Positions 10,818 to 24,899 of a DNA stretch of 49,671 nucleotides are shown here, in pieces. Numbering within the stretch: the first letter of the stretch is position 1; every line of letters starts with the position of its first letter. The stretch spans positions 1 through 49,671 of the forward strand of contig NW_021834306.1 of assembly GCF_006345805.1 (NCBI RefSeq), written 5' to 3'. The stretch is from Octopus sinensis (Eukaryota). The translations under genes were made by a program, and so were the position numbers. The notes beneath the pieces were generated by a model. The model saw only the letters and a list, made by a program, of their open reading frames with translations. It was not told the DNA's origin and ran no database searches.

Positions 10818-13800
10818 ATGTCCACTTATGAGACCACAGACCAGAGAAGAAGCCGACTTAGGTACATTCGAATAATCATGCAGAATGTGTCGAGTGGGAG
10901 AAATATTGGATTTAGACTTTGCTCCTAAGGTACTATCCCTCGTCCAATTCTGCAGAAATCCCCGACACTGAAATTTCGTAAAGTCGACAAAAAACAGATC
11001 CAACCTCTGGGAAAATACGTCTGTCCTCCTAATATTCCCAAACTTGGGATTTGTCGTGAGACTGGAAACATTATTTCTAAAGCAAGGGAGCAGTCGGCAT
11101 CCATTAAAGTGATTACTCGACCTACAAAGAATGGGGAAATTCGTCGATTAGAGAATGTATACATTCTGAACCCAATTGGCTAGATGTATCAAGAAATAAT
11201 AATGGAAAGAGCCTTGGTCGAGTACAAATTTGACAAAAATCCAACAGAAAAAGCAAAAATCATCACAAAACCAAAAAATATCTCAATTCGGTAAAAAAAT
11301 AATTTAAAATATTAAAGAAACGACAAGAGAATTGTCCTCCCTGGTATAATACAAAATAATAATTCGTAGCCCCTTTCGAGAACCTCACCGTGAAGACGGT
11401 AATGACTATTTATAAGTCATCAGACTGTTTCGGAGACCCCAATTGAGTGTTGCTTGTCCATCACGCCTTTTTCGGTGAAGGCAGGGACGTTCGGCTGTGA
11501 CGTGGATGAGAAGGACACGGTTGTTCGGCAAGAAATAAATTCGCATATTTTTTGTTTGGGTAATCAGTCCGATCTGCTGTCGTCTAATAAACAAAAAATA
11601 ATTCATCAGAGTTTTATAAACAGGCAAATTCATCAGGTTGGACAATCAGGGTGCAGTAGGTCAGATTCCCAACTTGAAACGACAGCTTTCTTGTGAGGAC
11701 GTTGCCTCTTTTACCAGTCAATCGTCGCTGCCATGTTTTCTGGTGACAGAAGAGGTGGATTTTGGGGTTTAGTTCGCAGGAGGCTTTTCAGACGTCGAAA
11801 AAACATATAAACAAGGTCAAAGACTTTAACTATGTGGTACCACCACTTGTCATTTCAAAACCAAGTCGAGTCGTAGAAAAATTATGTCCTCACTTTTTTC
11901 CGGAAGATGTACTTGTTTGGGGATCTATTTTTAGATCATGTTTTTTAAGGAGCACAGTTTTTATAATTTTGACAAGTAAAGTGATTAGTTCACAATTAGA
12001 CGCGACCATTACCTATTTTTGGACGAGGATGTTTTGGGTGGTTTTGTCACTAATTATTTTTAGAATCAGTCGATAGACCGTTGATGGAATAGTTTGATAT
12101 AATTAGGAATCCTTCAAGAAGGGGGTCCTTTAACGGTCTTTTGGAGGACGAATATTCAGAGGCAGTTGACCAACCCTCAAATGACATTCTCGAAATTATG
12201 CATCAGAAAGCTCAAGAAAGAAATCCCCAAACAGAGGATGACTATTTTGTCAAAGTTCCTTATTCAAGTATATTTTGGTGTTTTATTTGGAAGGATTGAC
12301 AATTAGAGATGTACTCCAATCTTCGATCTGTCAACAGGCTTTAAGAGAAGCCAAAGATTGGAAATGGCAAACCAACAACGTGGAAGAGTCGGATAACCAA
12401 GTTGAGGTGGAGAATGAAATGCGACTTGTCTCCGAGAAAATACGTAAGGCGGATGAGCTTCAACACATCTATCTCATACAGCGAGCAACAGCTGAAAGAA
12501 AGGTTTGGTCCAGAATCTCTACTGCAGGGCAATGAACTGGAAATGGCATATGAGGACACTCTACAGTTCGTCTTGTGGGGTTATTCTTAGAGCAATAAAG
12601 ACGAGACCGACTTATCTGCAGGCATATTGGGAGCAGCATTTTATTTACCTTAAAACAGCAAATTACGACGAAGCTCTTGACGAGTTGAGACATTTGGAGG
12701 CCAGAGACCCAAATTTTGCTTTAATTTATCTTTCCAAGTTGTTTTGGTAACATTATCGAGCAAGAGCTGAGATTCTTAAATTCAAGGGCAGAAAACAGGA
12801 GGCGGTGGCATGTTATAAACAATGCTGGGATTTGGGACATCGAAAATCCTACGTGCTGTTTGAGCAGGCAAAAATACTGGAAGAGGTTTGTCAGTTGTAA
12901 AGAACTGTTAGACCAATATAGAGAAGGCAATATCGCTTTATCGACAGTGCTATGAAATCAACCCGGACGAGACATCAGCTCTCTTTAAAATAGCCCACTT
13001 GGAGTACACTATTGGGTTGGATTGTTCACTGACGTTGAGGAACCACAAGAAATGTCTCCAAATGATTGATCAAATTCATCAACAGGGGCAAACTACATCC
13101 GAAGCGTATATTCTTCAAATTAAATGCCAAATCTGTCTCGAACGGTGGAAGGATGCCTTGGATTCGTGCATTCGTACCTTAAAAATCGACGGAGATAACA
13201 GCGAATGCTATTATTTGTATGCCTCCATTCTCAGAAGGTGTTTTTAGTCCAATATTTGCAGGATTCAGCCAATCAAGGCTTTCAGACTGTTGAAGAAGGC
13301 ACAAGAACAGGACCCCTCTAATCAGGAGGTCTCTTTCGCACTGGGCTACTTGGAATTAAAATTGGAGAGGTTCCCTTCCCGGTGAGTGGTAGATATTCGG
13401 AAGCTATCTCTACATTCGAGAAAATATTTAGAACGACCAAGGACATTCGTGCCCTCAAAGGACTCGCTTTGGTCTACTTGAAAGAGCAGAAATACAAACT
13501 GTGCTCATTCAGTGTATAAGTTAGCGCACTCGCCAAATTTATGGAAATGGCCAACCACGAATTCGAAAATATCGAGGCATACCTGGGAATGGCTCACTGC
13601 TACATTATCTTGAACAAGGTGAGGATATATCCACTTATTTCCAGAACAAGCAGGCTCTAAGGGAATATGACAAAATAATATATTTGTTCCCCTTCCACAA
13701 AGAGGCTTATATTTTGAGAGTCTGTCTATTTTTTTAGGCTTAGGGGAAATTGTTGCTCAAACTCAAAGACTTGGAGACATCCTCAACCTCCATAAGGTTG

Positions 13801-15944
13801 TCCCCCATTTCAACGAAAGGGCGATCGCCTCTATTTTCTCACGCGATTCGGAAATCAATTCCAGTTCGGAGTTAAGAGCATTTTTGGGAGATGTGGAGAC
13901 CAAAAAAGTGAGGGGATAAGTAATAGCCTGATCAGGACTGTTTGGACAATATGGAAGCCTACATTCTCACTGCGAATGGACTTATGCTCAATCAGAATTG
14001 GAATGAGGCAGACAAGTGTCTTGAGACTGCCGAGAGTCGATATGTGAGCATGTCTTTTAATTTAAATTTATTCAGAAGAATTCCCAGGAAGAGAATCCCA
14101 AAAGATATGCAGAAATCCTAAAACTCCGCGGACACTGCCAACTTATTCTCAATTCCAAAAAAACTGCCCGGGAACTTTTGTACAAATCAATCAAACTGAA
14201 CAGTCGATCATACATGGTTTCATCCTCACCTTACTCAAGGCTCACTATCTCTACGGAGTTTCTCTATTGTCGCTTAAAAACAACTCAGAGGCCGAAGAAT
14301 ACTTTTTGGAAGCTTTGAATTTAAATCCTGACTTTCACGAGGTTGGTTGGAGTCCCCATCCTAGGCATACGCGTGTCTCGCCATTTACTTCGCCTCTCAG
14401 CAGCGCTACTCGAAGGCCATTAGCCAGTGCAACAATTCCATCCGAATTAAGAATTGCAATTCGCTCTACTTTCTGTTGAGGTTTGATTAACGACTGAGTT
14501 TGTCACAGAGGTGCCCTCAAATGCATAATGTCACATTTTGAATTAGGACTGGAGGATTTGAATCGCTCAATTTCCCTAAATAAATTCAACTTTTACAGTC
14601 TTTATACGAAGGCGCTGTGTTGTGAAAAATTGGATAATGACACTCAGGTATCCCCTTTAATCATATCAAGGCAATACAACTATACACGTACATCATTGAG
14701 GAACAGTACTCAGCTCTTCTAAGCCAAGTGAGCTACTTTTTTTAGTTTTCTAGGGTTTAACACAACGGGGGATGATATATTTTAAAAAGAAAGATTTTGA
14801 AAAAGCAGGACGTGATTTTAGCAATATCCACACAGAGTGGGGTGCTTTAATGTACGCAAAATGTCAGTTTCGGTTTATATAAGTTAAACGACTTTGTAGT
14901 CTTGAAAACTACCAAAACGTGATTGAGTGCACGTCCGATAAGATTAGTCAAAACTTGGGATTGTGCGATGCCTACATTCTGCGCGGGAACGCCCTGTATA
15001 TGCAGGGAGGACTCCATGATTTGGCTTTGTATAATTTGCCCACATATTGGTCATAGAAAGGACGTGGAGAGTGCTTTGGCCATTTCTCCCAACAATTATT
15101 CCGCGAAAATTAACCAGGCAATTCTTCTCCACGCATCGGGGAAGTACGCCGCGTCCCGTCGACTGTTGCAGCATTTGATTAGCCACAACCCGAGTAGTTT
15201 TGTTATATGAAGTAGTGGACTATGATGAGGCAAGGACGGAATTATCATTGCTTCACGTGTCGATGGGGCAACTAGTTGATGCGTTTGCAGAACTGACTGA
15301 GGCTATTCGTGTGAGACCAAGTCCAGTCAATTTGTCCAACAGAGGGTGTATAAACATGGTTTATCACTCTTCACATATTTTCAGCTTATGGGAAACGTGT
15401 GTGAAGCAAAGAGAGATTTGTATGAAGCCTTAGTCTTGCAAGAAGACTATTACTCTGCAAATTTCAACATGGCGTCGATTTGCATCAAACAAGGACTGTT
15501 TAAAGAAGTACGCGATTTTAGAAATGGTAGGCAATTGCCCACTCACAAAAATGTGTGTTTGCAAATAAACTCGACGGAGTGTCATATGGGAGGATGGCTG
15601 TCATTTACGTATGAGGGAATTAAATCCCATTTATTAAATAGTTTAAAAATGACAATTTTAAGATGGCGTGGTACGCGATCGAAAATGCTTTTCGTTTGAA
15701 AGTGAGTCGGCATTTTTTGTTGGTGAAGGCGAGTATTTTGTATGCACTCGGAAGAGGGGATGAGGCTCGAAATTCATGTTCAAAATGTGAATAATTGTTG
15801 GTGATGAGAATAGATTTGACATATTTCCCACAAGACATAGAAGCACTGCATTTACTTTCCCGAATTAAGATAACTCAGGGTGATGTCGAGTCAGGAATGA
15901 AAGACTTTTATCAGGCCACTGTGATGGAGGTGATGGGTGACTAA
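10818..15944 (+). CDS. TTC6: TTC6-like tetratricopeptide repeat protein, many micro-introns
   Basis: The first six introns (10862-10883, 10930-10955, 11157-11183, 11291-11317, 11344-11369, 11399-11423) keep one open frame. C-terminal TPRs AYACLAIYFASQQRYSKAISQCN, NLSNRGCINM-LMGNVCEAKRDLYEAL and ...GMKDFYQA resemble TTC6. Internal exon boundaries were not all resolved. Confidence 0.82.
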
Positions 15945-16146
15945 TAATATGTCAATTTAACACAAAATTATTAATCTACAAAATATTTATGAACCATAAA
16001 TGAAGTGATTTCTATATGTGACTAAAAAAATACAAATTCAGAAAATTATTGACATTTTACAGTCAGTGACATATGCTACAATAATTATTAGACAATTAAG
16101 TAGTTAATTAGCGTCTTTTTAAAAAAAAGATGAATTGATATAGTCA

Positions 16147-17235
16147 ATGATGAGATATAAATTTCCCAGGAATTATAAAGTACTACTACTTGTTGCATAC
16201 CTGAGTGCTTTCATATATTTCTGTCACCGTATTGTCACTAATGGGAAAATAGTCGAAAAAAAAGTGATCAAGCAGATAGTTCTGCATAAAACTCACAAGT
16301 GTGCAAGCAGCACTGTGGTCAACATATTAGAAAGATTCGCCCTCAAACACAAGTTGAAAGTTGCCGTTCCACTTGGACTCCAATCGACTTTTTTTGGAAA
16401 TAAATTCAAGTTTTTTACCAGTTCCAGTGTCCATGAAGTATCTACGGCGCCCTTTGATATGCTTTATTTCCACTTTCGATTCAACAAAACTGAAATTTTC
16501 AAAATCATGAAAAAGGAGACAATTTATGTCACTATTCTGAGAGACCCAGTTGCACAATTCGATTCAGCTTTCAAATTCTTTAATCTTTACTACATATTGG
16601 GACTCAAGGCAAAGAACGGACTGGAGACTTTCATAAATAACCCTCATCAATTTTATAAATCACACAACAACAATTTCCTCAGGAATCCGATGGCATTCGA
16701 ATTCGGGTTTGACTCTAGAAAGAACTATACAAAAGAACAAGTGGACGTGTTTGTAAGAGAAACCCTCTCTAGCTTTGATTTAATAATGATATCAAATTAC
16801 TTTGACGAGTCGCTGGTTTTATTTAAACAAGTGACTGGGTGGAATATTTCTGACCTCATTTACTTCAGATTGAACCAACAACCAGTCACCCCGTCATTAG
16901 AGCGGCTCAGGTCAAAAATTACTGAGTGGAATGACGTGGACACCGCCTTGTATTCGGCTGCACTTTCTCTTTTTAAAAAGAAGCTCAGTCGTCTGAACAT
17001 TGACCAGTTTTTGACAGACTTAATTTCTTTGCGTGGAAAATCTGAGGAAATGTACAAAAAATGTGTTTTGACACGCACAATGAACAAATCTCTTTTAACA
17101 GAAAACACAGAATCCTGGAACGGAAAGACCTACGGATATTCTCTCACTCAATTTGGTCAAAAAAATAATCTATGCAAACAAATGGCAATGACTGACTATG
17201 GCATTCTGTTGAGTTACAGACGTAAATTTATCTAA
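16147..17235 (+). CDS. GAL3ST: Galactose-3-O-sulfotransferase family protein (362 aa, type II membrane)
   Basis: N-terminal hydrophobic anchor, PAPS-binding HKTHKCASSTV, ILRDP motif, LIMISNYFDESLV. Paralog identity is not resolvable. Confidence 0.9.
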   Translation: MMRYKFPRNYKVLLLVAYLSAFIYFCHRIVTNGKIVEKKVIKQIVLHKTHKCASSTVVNILERFALKHKLKVAVPLGLQSTFFGNKFKFFTSSSVHEVSTAPFDMLYFHFRFNKTEIFKIMKKETIYVTILRDPVAQFDSAFKFFNLYYILGLKAKNGLETFINNPHQFYKSHNNNFLRNPMAFEFGFDSRKNYTKEQVDVFVRETLSSFDLIMISNYFDESLVLFKQVTGWNISDLIYFRLNQQPVTPSLERLRSKITEWNDVDTALYSAALSLFKKKLSRLNIDQFLTDLISLRGKSEEMYKKCVLTRTMNKSLLTENTESWNGKTYGYSLTQFGQKNNLCKQMAMTDYGILLSYRRKFI

Positions 17236-18989
17236 AAAATAATAAATCAATATTTTATGAGATTGTCAAAGTGTTTATTGTAATGCGTATGTTTCTTTTA
17301 AACTATCTGCGAAGCCTTTTGAGAGACAAACTAACGTAGACTGAGCGGTTGATGCGCTGTGTCAAATCCTTTTTGAAACTTGACTAAAAAAACCAGCCGT
17401 ACATGAGGATCATTGATTGTAAATGTCAAATTTGAAATTTTTTTTTAAATGCACTTGTTTTTCAAATACTGAAAATAAAATTAATTTTTTTGTGAATTTC
17501 TCGAGCCGAATAAAAAAGTTTTGTATCAATTTGTCAAAAAAGAAGTCTTATCTGGGATTAATTCCTCGATTTGGTAGTTTATAAAATTATTCCTGATAGC
17601 ACGGATATTTTCTATGCCGGACAGCAAACTCTCTCGAGTATTATTATAATGGAAAATGTGTAGACCGACGAAGTAGTTAACAGTAAAGGACAACTCCAGG
17701 TAATTATATCAATTGCCAACACAAAACAGAAAATAGCGTTGGATTGGACACTTTGTCCAATATTAGTACCGAAACTTCAAGAAAGGAAATATGAGAAAAT
17801 TATTGTGTGAATTTAGGACCAAATAAATATTCTAAAAAAGAAACTCAGACTTCCGAATCAAGAAAACACAATTGATCTTAACCCAAGATGTTTTATAAGA
17901 GATTAAACAAAAAAATCTGTTCAAACTGTTCATTGGTATTTCCCCATGTCGATCCGTTATACGTCAGGACAAGGACAACAAACGTGTATTAAATGTTTAG
18001 TTTTGTCTTGAGAGAATTTAATTATTCACAGTGATTGATATTATCTTTCAGTTTTAACCAATTTTATAGAAACCAACTGAGAAAAATTATAAACATACAA
18101 TTTCCAAGAAAAATATCAAACTCAGATTTAATACAAAAAGATACAATTCGAGTCCGATCTCAGTGAAAACCCCGATTTCAAGATGGCGACTTTTTAGACA
18201 CATATTAAGACTGGGCAGTCTCACTCCGCTGAATATCGCGACGAAAAGCTATTTTTTGATCCAAAAGGGCATTCCGTAGAAGGCCTAGAGCCGCCCTACC
18301 TACCGCATTGAACGAAGATTTAGCAGGAATAAACAAACAATTCAAAATAGAGAGGATCTCAATGAAATACGAACATCAGCAAATAATAGAGGAAACCATG
18401 TGCAATAAAGTACTAACTGAAACACAAAGAAAACTTAACTAGCTTATGATTTTTCGTCAGTGCAAAACGAAATAGATTGTCTCTTCTTCTGAAAAATTGT
18501 TTAGAATAAACAAAAAAGTAGCAAGTTTTATTCTATACTGGAATCACTTGTCTTATACCAAAGACAAAGTTGTGAAAATCTTGCAAGGAAATGCGTAAAT
18601 TGTGTATTAAAAAGTGCGTAAATTGTTGATAGATGCGTAAAATTCAGTAACTATAAACCAAATCGATTTGCCAGAGTTCCAAAAAGCAGGCAATCTTAAA
18701 TAAAAGAATCCACCAGCAGAATAAAAGCCAGTTATTCTTTACCTGAATAAATGTCGAAAAGGCTTTGACAGAGTCGACAATGAGTACCTGTATTCCGTTT
18801 CTGACAAATTTGATCAGCCGTAGAAAAATAAAAATTTTAATTATTAATTTACAATAATTCTGTCTTTAAAATTAAATAATATTTTAAAAATAATACGGTT
18901 AACGAATAATCAATAAATTATAAAATCAGTATAGACACGCATTGTGGTTAGCTAACATAATATATAATAATCAATTCTCAGATATAAAA

Positions 18990-21900
18990 ATGCACTCTCA
19001 TAACGACAATAAACAAGGAATAATTCAGGTTATATTTCTGTCTTATCATTTATAGAACATGTTTACTGCTAGAGCTGTGGACAGCGACGAGTTTACAGGA
19101 GCAATGAACTACCTCAAGACTGTGCGAGACACTCCCTCTGGGCAATCAATCTTCCAACCACTCATAGAAATAGTCAGAAGGTTTAAAGCCAAAGAGTAGT
19201 TGTTTGTTTTATGGTGTAGAATTGTCGAATCAGAATTTACTCGACTAATATCTCTCGTTTTTAAGGACTATCCACAATATCTCGACAAATTTAACTCCTA
19301 CCTCCCCCAATATCTTCAAATCCCCACTTTGACCTCCCAAAATCCTACGAAGGACCGTCCTGGTCTTCCTTTAATCGACAAATCCATAATATTTGTACAA
19401 AGAGTGAAAGATCACTTCAAATATGCCCCTTCCTACTATTGGACCTTCATTCAAGTCATCCAAAACTACCAAAATGACCTGAAATTGGTTCCTCGAGGAT
19501 ATCCGCCCACATCACTGAAGAATAACCTCACCCCTGAGGACACTGTACTCAGAAAAATTTGCTCTCTCTTCACAGAGGAGCCCAATTTGTTGAATGAGTT
19601 TTTCGATTTGATCCCTCAGGTTGTATTTTGTGGGTTGATTGGTCAGTTTAAGAACTTGGTGGATCAGCCGGGCTTGCATTGTTCGGATATATATTCCGAG
19701 TCACCAGAAACGTCGTCTTTGCGGATAAACGGAGTGTTTTCACCAGTGAAAAGACAGTCCTCTCCATTAGTGGGTCACCCAGCCAAAGTTGTGGCGGAAG
19801 TGAGTGGTTTAATTCATTTTATTATTATTTAGGATGACGGTCTTTCGACACCTCCTTTGGGGGAGTGTCGAGGGGAATTATTGTCCGACTATTCCTTTTT
19901 TGACTGCGTAGTCATCAGGTGGACTGATGTGGTAGGTTAAGACTGTTCTGGTCGATCAGAGGGAGTACGACAACTTGATTGAATCAGTCAGACTATATAA
20001 GGAAGGAATTATATCACGGAGTAGACTATTAAGTAATGTGGAGGGAGTATTGGGGTGATGTCTTTATATATGTGTGTAGTATGTATCCCTCACTGCTTGA
20101 CCAGTTGAAGTATTTGTGTACAAAATGGAGGTCGAATGGATCTGTTTCTCCTCAGGTAAAGAAAGGTGGTTGGATTGGAGTGAGGAGTAGATGTGAGTGG
20201 ATTTAAGCCATATGGACAGAGCTATCGACAACTACCATCGACGTTGTCATCCTCCGTGTTGTACAACACACGGACAGTACTCGTTTATGTTGATTTGTAG
20301 AATCTGAATGTAACACATGTGTCATTCCCCTCATATGAAGACGACGAGAATTTGAGGGCAAAGAAGAATTGTTATCAAGACCAATTGACAAAGTGACCTC
20401 TTCTTTTATTGTTGTAGGGTGGAGGATGAGAGGATTGAGTTTGATTATGTCTTGACGAGCACACACGACTGTATTATGGCACTAAGGGGAGTCCATTCAG
20501 TCATTCGTGGGATGCTCAACCCGAACACTGTCAAGTTGGGAGACTCTCTAGGATTGTTGTCCCCAATGTTGGTTCATGCAGTGCTTTATCGGTACTCTTA
20601 TTTTGAGAATGTGCAGAATATTCCACGAAAAGTACTTGTCTGTGGTCAATTCGTTGGAATGTCTTCCATTTCAGGTGATTCCGATTGTGTTGGCGAGGTT
20701 GTGGGTGTTTTCGAATGTTAGATTGGAGAAGACCTACAACGAGTTATTCAACAGAAGGACTGCTTTATACGAGGATTGGGGGAGAGTGCAGAAGAGGACG
20801 TATTTGCGGTCACTCGACCATCAGAGTTCATGTTTCAAGACAGCCGAGTCCAAATCATTGCGTACTAGAGCACTGTGTGACGAGATTGAGAAGATGCGAT
20901 ATGTTGGTGGCCCCTCTCATGCCCAGCTGACGAGAGACCCGACTGTCGAGCCACATGTCACGTTGGACTATTCGACTATTGGAGTGATGGAAGACGCCGC
21001 TGATTTGTTGATATATTACGTCAAGAGACAGAACTGTACTGACTGGGTGACCATTTAGACTCCAATGAGGACAAAACGAGGATTAAGCGATTGGTTTATG
21101 TGTTCTTGGCTGACTTGGTGTTTATATCTCGTGGGGTTTTGTCTGATGATGAAGGTTTGTGAGTTTTTCTTATTGTAGAGTGTGGGTGTGTTGGGGATGT
21201 GGAGGAAGATTTGCGACTGTTTTATGGGGGTGTCCATTGGTACTGCTTCCTCAGACTGCATCATTTATTGTGCAATCGACTTGCTCGATTACAGGAGATT
21301 GTTACTGAGAGAATGCAAAGAGAAAAGGACTTGGATGATGACTCGGGGATTGCTCAACTCGTCGGACTCGACAATACAAGTATTCCCTCAATTCACGTGG
21401 CAGAACGGGATAGAATGAACTATTCTTATGGACTTCAATTAATTCGTGACTTGGTGGATGGGGTAGTCGACTCCTCCGCCTTTGAGGATCGGATGAGGGA
21501 AGTGTTTGGAGTCAATGCATTTATGTTATTCACAGTGGACAAACTATTGTACCACTCTGCCAAAAATGTATTGGTTTGTGTTATTTTGTAGTTGCAGAGA
21601 ATTGTAATGCGAGAATATAGTGTTGATGACGGGTCATTTTGTTTTATGAGGTTGTATGACAGATTTGTTAATCCTGGGGAATATTTTGTGGTAGTGTCCC
21701 ACGTCTATCAACTCTACAAATTCATTTTTGTATCTCCTTTGTGCTAATATGTCAGAACAGGAATCCCCGTTCTTTGGAAATCACTCTTCGACCGAGTAGA
21801 CCGGCTAATGACGGCGCTCGCATTCCTTTCCTGGCCAGGTTTGGGGAAGGCATTCATTTTAGGAATTTGAGGAAGTCTAGTTTGAGGAGATGTGTGCCTG

Positions 21901-22054
21901 ATATTCCCGATTCGGAAATGTTTGTGCGAGTAGGACGGTCAGGGAAAAGAGTATATTTGTGTGTGTATGTTAGTGGTCTTGGAACGAGCATGCGCGGAGA
22001 AGAATGACTGTGGATGGGAGTCCGATTTGGTTAAAGGGAATATTCCTTTTGTGA
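18990..22054 (+). CDS. SIN3: SIN3 transcriptional co-repressor, multi-exon
   Basis: PAH1 (AMNYLKTVRD...FKDYPQYLDKFNSYLP), PAH2 (IIFVQRVKDHF...LLNEFFDLIP), PAH3, HDAC-interaction domain (GQSYRQLP, VSFPSYED, VEDERIEFD, YLRSLDHQ) and Sin3_C (FYGGVHWYCFLRLHH, FEDRMRE). Introns 23-27 nt; both ends are approximate. Confidence 0.92.
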
Positions 22055-22876
22055 ACTGCACTGACTATATGTTTATAACTTGTCTTATCATTCTTCTTTA
22101 TGTGATTAAGTGGAATTGACAGACCTATAAGTGCTGTTCGATTGGTTCAATTAAATTATATTTGTGACATTAATGGTATTTATTTTGTTCAGAGGTTACT
22201 TTTACCAATCGATACCTGACCTGGTTGTTCAGACTGTTAATGTTCTAATCGATATTCTTTAAATTTAATTATGATTAGTTCATTTATTTAACCGCCAAGA
22301 CCACGATAAAAATCACACAAAAGTCACGTGATCCCGATTTATTTATTAACCCCCAAGCTTTCATGGCAAACCCAGCACAAACAGTCATAGCTAACTAATC
22401 GAATGAAAAAGCCAATTCGCCCAGTTCCCATTTGTCAGCCTCCTACCGTCGCTCACCGCACGTCATTGTTTTCGGAAGGGTTTTTCATAATGAAGATTTT
22501 TCATTGGTAATGTGATCAAGGGATCCCGATGCACTCGACACGGACCTCATCTTCGCTCGGAGATCTTTCCACGAGCCCACACAAGATCACACCGGGCGGC
22601 AGGCCGTTTTTGACGTAGCATTGACCTCAAAGTGCTGACAGATATCTTTGTCAATCCACTTATTTTGTATTGTTTTCCAGTGTGCTTATTAAGAATAATG
22701 TTTATACAAGATTAACGAATTTCATTAACCCGATTATTTCGAAAAATTAAAGTCGCGCAACATTCAAGTGGTGATTAGGTCACCAAATAGACTACATTAT
22801 TAGCAGAAAGTCCACCTGCTAAATAATACACATTCAGAATAAAAAACAAGAACTGATAGCGACCACAGGATCTTCA

Positions 22877-23651
22877 TTGCAAAACTGCGTAAAAAAGCAT
22901 CCAACTGGTAAAAATACATTGAAAGGCAAGACCAAATCCCAATATATACTTTTAGACAAAAAATTGAGGTTAGAGACATTTGTAAAGAAACATTGGAAGC
23001 AAATCGAGACTCTTATGGAGAAAATCGCACCCGAATCATCAGTAAAAACTCTGTGGGATCAAACAAAGCAGGTAATCTTAAAGTCGGCCAATATATTTCT
23101 TGGAGTTCAAAATTATCGTGCCCTAAAATTAGATAACCCCTAAACGTGCCAGATATGGTAAAGCATCGCAGAGAGCTATGGCTAAAAGTGCCAAACACGT
23201 CTGACAAGAGTAACCCGAAAGAAAAACCAGTAACCCAGAACTGATTGCATGACACTTTGAAACACTGTTGAATAAAGAAAATAAAGACTTTACTCCTTTC
23301 CAGAAAGAAGCAAAGGCGCTAAAAATCCCAATCACATTGGAAGAGATGAAATTAGCGATAAATAAACTGAAGAAGAAGAGTCCAATCACAGTGGAAAAAG
23401 TGAAATCGCCTGACAAGATAAGCCCTCAGCTTCTAAAATATTGGCCAAAGAAACTTAGCGACAGAAAACCCATAAATGACATCTTTGAAACTAATATCGA
23501 TCTATGCATTGAAAATGCATTATTAATGCCCATAAAAACCGAAAAAAACCAAACGGACCAGTTGAAAATCTCTGACCTAATACTCCTGAATTCGATGCGA
23601 AAGGTGCTGCCAAACATTGCACTAAGCCAGATAAAAAGTGTGTCGGATTAA
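22877..23651 (+). mobile_element. Decayed LINE ORF2 fragment
   Basis: PITLEEMKLAINKLKKK...SPDKISPQLLK resembles the pre-RT segment of LINE ORF2. Broken by stops. Confidence 0.55.
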
Positions 23652-23769
23652 TACCGACAAGCAAGTCAAAGTGGGTTCCGAGAAGGGAGGTCTACGGCAG
23701 AGATTGTATTGGTAAAGCACTAAAGATTTAAGAGCGCAACGACCGTGTTGAGAATACATCTCTCCAGAG

Positions 23770-24650
23770 CAGTGTTTCCCAACCTGAGTTTTGCGCAAAA
23801 TTTTAAGGGTTCCGGGGAGATCAGAAAAGCATATCGAAAAATAAAAATTCGAAATTAATTCACACGCATTTTTTTCTTCATCGTGAGGCATTGGTCGCAA
23901 AAACTATTGGACATTAAATTTTTTTGGACATATTGTAAAAATTATTAATTATATCAGAATGAGGCCGTTGAAATTATGAAAGTTCTTGAAACTTTGTGAA
24001 AATACAGAACATTCATTTTTGCTTTTCCATGCTGAAGTAAGATGTCTCTCAAAGGAAACATGTTAATTCGTTTCTATGAACAAAGACACGAATTCTTGAC
24101 ATTCTGCATACAAGACAAGTTGGATAACTTTATTAAATGCCCTAATGATGAATGTTAATGTTGCAAGATACCATGCTTTACCGATATTTTAATAAACTCA
24201 ATGTTCTCAATATGCAAAGAAGAAATGAAAATCTGTTGAGTTTTACACACAAAATAGCTGGTTTTATGAAAAAAAATAAAATATTAAAAAACATATAACA
24301 AATGGAAACTTGAAAATGTTTTCTCATGTGCAAGAAAGGAAGTGTAAAGAAATTATTCCATTAATTATTAATCATTTGGAGTCATTATTTATAAATTCAA
24401 AGAATTATTTTTCATCCATATGATTGGGTGAGGAATCCATTTGTTGAGCACGAAATCACTTTAAACGAGCTATTATTTAAAGAGGAAAAAGAACCTGCGT
24501 TTATTTCAAGAGACAGAAGATAAGAAATGGAATATTTAGAGCGTAATTTCAAAAGAAAACAAAGCTTTAAGAGTTTTGATTTGGTTTTCAACGACTTATC
24601 GCTGCGAAGGTGGATTTTCTGTTTTAACAAAAAAATGCGCCAACTTACTA
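23770..24650 (+). mobile_element. hAT (Buster/ZBED5-like) relic with one TIR
   Basis: TIR CAGTGTTTCCCAACC at 23770 preceded by the Charlie-type target CTCCAGAG; translated remnants FLHREALVAK, HAEVRCLSKG, DWVRNPF, FSTTYRCEGGFS. Confidence 0.75.
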
Positions 24651-24899
24651 TATGTAGAACAAGGGTTCACCTCCTCGTGGAGACGATTGGATGCTGATTC
24701 TCTTTCAGTAACAAGCAGAACCAACCTTTTCCCCTTGCCAACCAACCTGTCAACGGTTTGGTTGGTAATGGCTACGAGACGAGCGTCAAGCTTACGTTCC
24801 CTGACTCTTTTGACTACAGATACGTTGTCAAAAATCAAAAAATATAAAGAATCCCAAAATTTCGATGAACTTTTGGATAAGAAGGAGAAATATAAAGTC

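Noticed and set aside
10689-11164. Two minus-strand ORFs and an apparent pair of divergent ATGs 19 nt apart around CCAATTGG
   Set aside because: They are antisense shadows of TTC6 exons 1-3; the CCAATTGG lies inside a 27-nt intron (11157-11183).
15945-16071. TAATA-TGTCA resembling a fourth TGTC element end
   Set aside because: The nearby GACA ends share at most 7 bp of inverted repeat and are not followed by TAATA.
16147-17235. Intronless GAL3ST among intron-rich genes as a retrogene or horizontal transfer
   Set aside because: GAL3ST catalytic domains are commonly on one large exon in animals; no poly(A) remnant or TSD.
18730-18815. KGFDRVDNEYL, similar to an RT KAFD motif
   Set aside because: A single short motif with no other RT motifs in frame.
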